From positions 1-6,005 of the IMG/VR virus record IMGVR_UViG_3300029722_000070: a stretch of DNA of 6,005 bases, one strand, 5' to 3'. The first letter of the stretch is position 1; the number at the start of each line of letters is the position of its first letter. This DNA is from a virus. Taxonomy: Duplodnaviria; Heunggongvirae; Uroviricota; Caudoviricetes. Under the pieces are notes generated by a model. The model did not search any database. It had not been told where the DNA came from and saw nothing but the letters and a program-made list of their open reading frames with translations. Both the position numbers and the translations under genes were made by a program. Below are positions 5,097 to 6,005 of this stretch, piece after piece.

Positions 5097-5240
5097 ATGA
5101 TGACCGTTTTTCTTATAACGGGCGAGCCACAGACTGTGATTACCGGAATTTTTGCCAGTAAAGAATCCCGCCTCCAGGCAAGAGACAAGCAAAAAATTTC
5201 TGGTGAATGCCTCCCGTTAAAAAAGTATCGCTGTACCTGA
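5097..5240 (+). CDS. Candidate small protein (47 aa from the ATG at 5097, or 54 aa from the GTG at 5076), possibly Kil-like
   Basis: The GTG at 5076-5078 overlaps the TGA stop of the preceding gene (5077-5079, GTGA overlap), suggesting translational coupling. Product MMTVFLITGEPQTVITGIFASKESRLQARDKQKISGECLPLKKYRCT has a hydrophobic N-terminus and a basic C-terminus. Absent from the ORF track, presumably for length. The Kil comparison rests only on size and position. Confidence 0.3.
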   Translation: MMTVFLITGEPQTVITGIFASKESRLQARDKQKISGECLPLKKYRCT

Positions 5241-5357
5241 ATAACGAAACACCGGCTGGATAACCCGCCAGCCATATTAACACCATACCAACGGATTAAA
5301 AATGCCAGCAATGGCAGGGATTCGTTCACCCTGAAATCTGTCATGAGGTTAAAACAA

Positions 5358-6005
5358 ATGAGTAAAGTCTTTATTTGCGCCGCTATTCCTGACGAACTGG
5401 CAACAAGGGAAGAAGGCGCTGTGGCTGTAGCCACAGCCATTGAAGCTGGCGACGAACGCCGTGCTCGAGCAAAATTTCACTGGCAGTTCCTGGAACATTA
5501 TCCGGCTGCTCAGGACTGCGCTTATAAATTTATTGTCTGCGAGGATAAACCTGGCATACCCCGCCCTGCCCTCGATTCATGGGATGCTGAATATATGCAG
5601 GAAAACCGCTGGGATGAGGAGTCTGCTTCTTTTGTCCCGGTTGAGACTGAATCCGATCCGATGAACGTCACTTTTGACAAGCTGGCCCCTGAAGTACAGA
5701 ACGCTGTCATGGTTAAGTTCGACACATGTGAAAACATCACCGTTGATATGGTTATTAGCGCACAGGAATTGTTGCAGGAAGACATGGCAACATTCGACGG
5801 ACATATCGTTGAAGCGTTGATGAAAATGCCAGAAGTTAACGCCATGTATCCGGAGCTTAAGTTGCACGCCATTGGGTGGGTTAAGCATAAATGTATTCCT
5901 GGTGCTAAATGGCCCGAAATTCAGGCAGAGATGCGCATCTGGAAAAAACGTCGCGAAGGTGAACGCAAGGAAACCGGAAAATACACGTCTGTTGTTGATC
6001 TCGCC
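5358..6005 (+). CDS. Hypothetical acidic protein, 5' partial view (at least 216 aa, continues past the window)
   Basis: GAGG at 5345-5348, 9 nt before the ATG at 5358. Frame is open through 6005. Product begins MSKVFICAAIPDELATREEGAVAVATAIEAGDERRARAKFHWQFLEHYPAAQDCAYKFIVCEDKPGIPRPALDSWDAEYMQENRWDEE. Not in the ORF track because it has no in-window stop. The listed ORFs 5440-5664, 5522-5872 and 5577-5888 overlap it in other frames and look spurious. Confidence 0.7.
   Translation, partial: MSKVFICAAIPDELATREEGAVAVATAIEAGDERRARAKFHWQFLEHYPAAQDCAYKFIVCEDKPGIPRPALDSWDAEYMQENRWDEESASFVPVETESDPMNVTFDKLAPEVQNAVMVKFDTCENITVDMVISAQELLQEDMATFDGHIVEALMKMPEVNAMYPELKLHAIGWVKHKCIPGAKWPEIQAEMRIWKKRREGERKETGKYTSVVDLA

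Noticed and set aside
5241-5357. Short hairpins (GGCTGG...CCAGCC, TGCCA-GCAA-TGGCA, CAGGG...CCCTG) as nut/boxB-like antitermination sites
   Set aside because: None has the boxB-type GAAAA-family loop or an adjacent boxA-like CGCTCTTA motif, so there is not enough evidence for a nut site.
4779-5440. Minus-strand ORFs 4779-4982, 4903-5094 and 5060-5440
   Set aside because: They are antisense to the plus-strand small genes, which have ribosome-binding sites, and they run through intergenic sequence with no start context.
1-6005. CRISPR arrays, tRNA or rRNA genes, IS elements or terminal inverted repeats
   Set aside because: No spacer-interrupted direct repeats, no cloverleaf-compatible segments, and no transposase-like ORFs or terminal inverted repeats were seen. 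The only repeat arrays are the 10-bp-phased initiator-gene repeats and the 16-bp pair at 4363-4412.

Overview
This window reads as the immunity and early-replication region of a lambdoid prophage, probably enterobacterial, in reverse orientation relative to the lambda map. All homology calls are from my recall of the lambda and P22 protein sequences, not a database search. From left to right: a small protein downstream of P (minus strand, runs off the window), a lambda P-like helicase loader, an O-like initiator region carrying two arrays of 10-bp-phased GTGAC repeats and split between two reading frames, a YdaT-like (CII-position) gene, a P22 Cro-like gene, a divergent operator region with GTAAC-N4-GTTAC palindromes, and a P22 C2-like repressor whose LexA-type nucleophile serine is replaced by alanine (GDAM instead of GDSM). 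Right of the repressor lie a terminator, a third operator, a YdaF-like small protein, an oppositely oriented two-helix membrane protein (SieB-like), about 700 bp with no convincing gene, two small overlapping ORFs, and an ORF that runs off the right edge and is missing from the supplied track. I found no rRNA, tRNA, CRISPR array or IS element. The best candidate for something undescribed is the accessory segment 3310-5360, but nothing here can be assigned a defence function from sequence alone.
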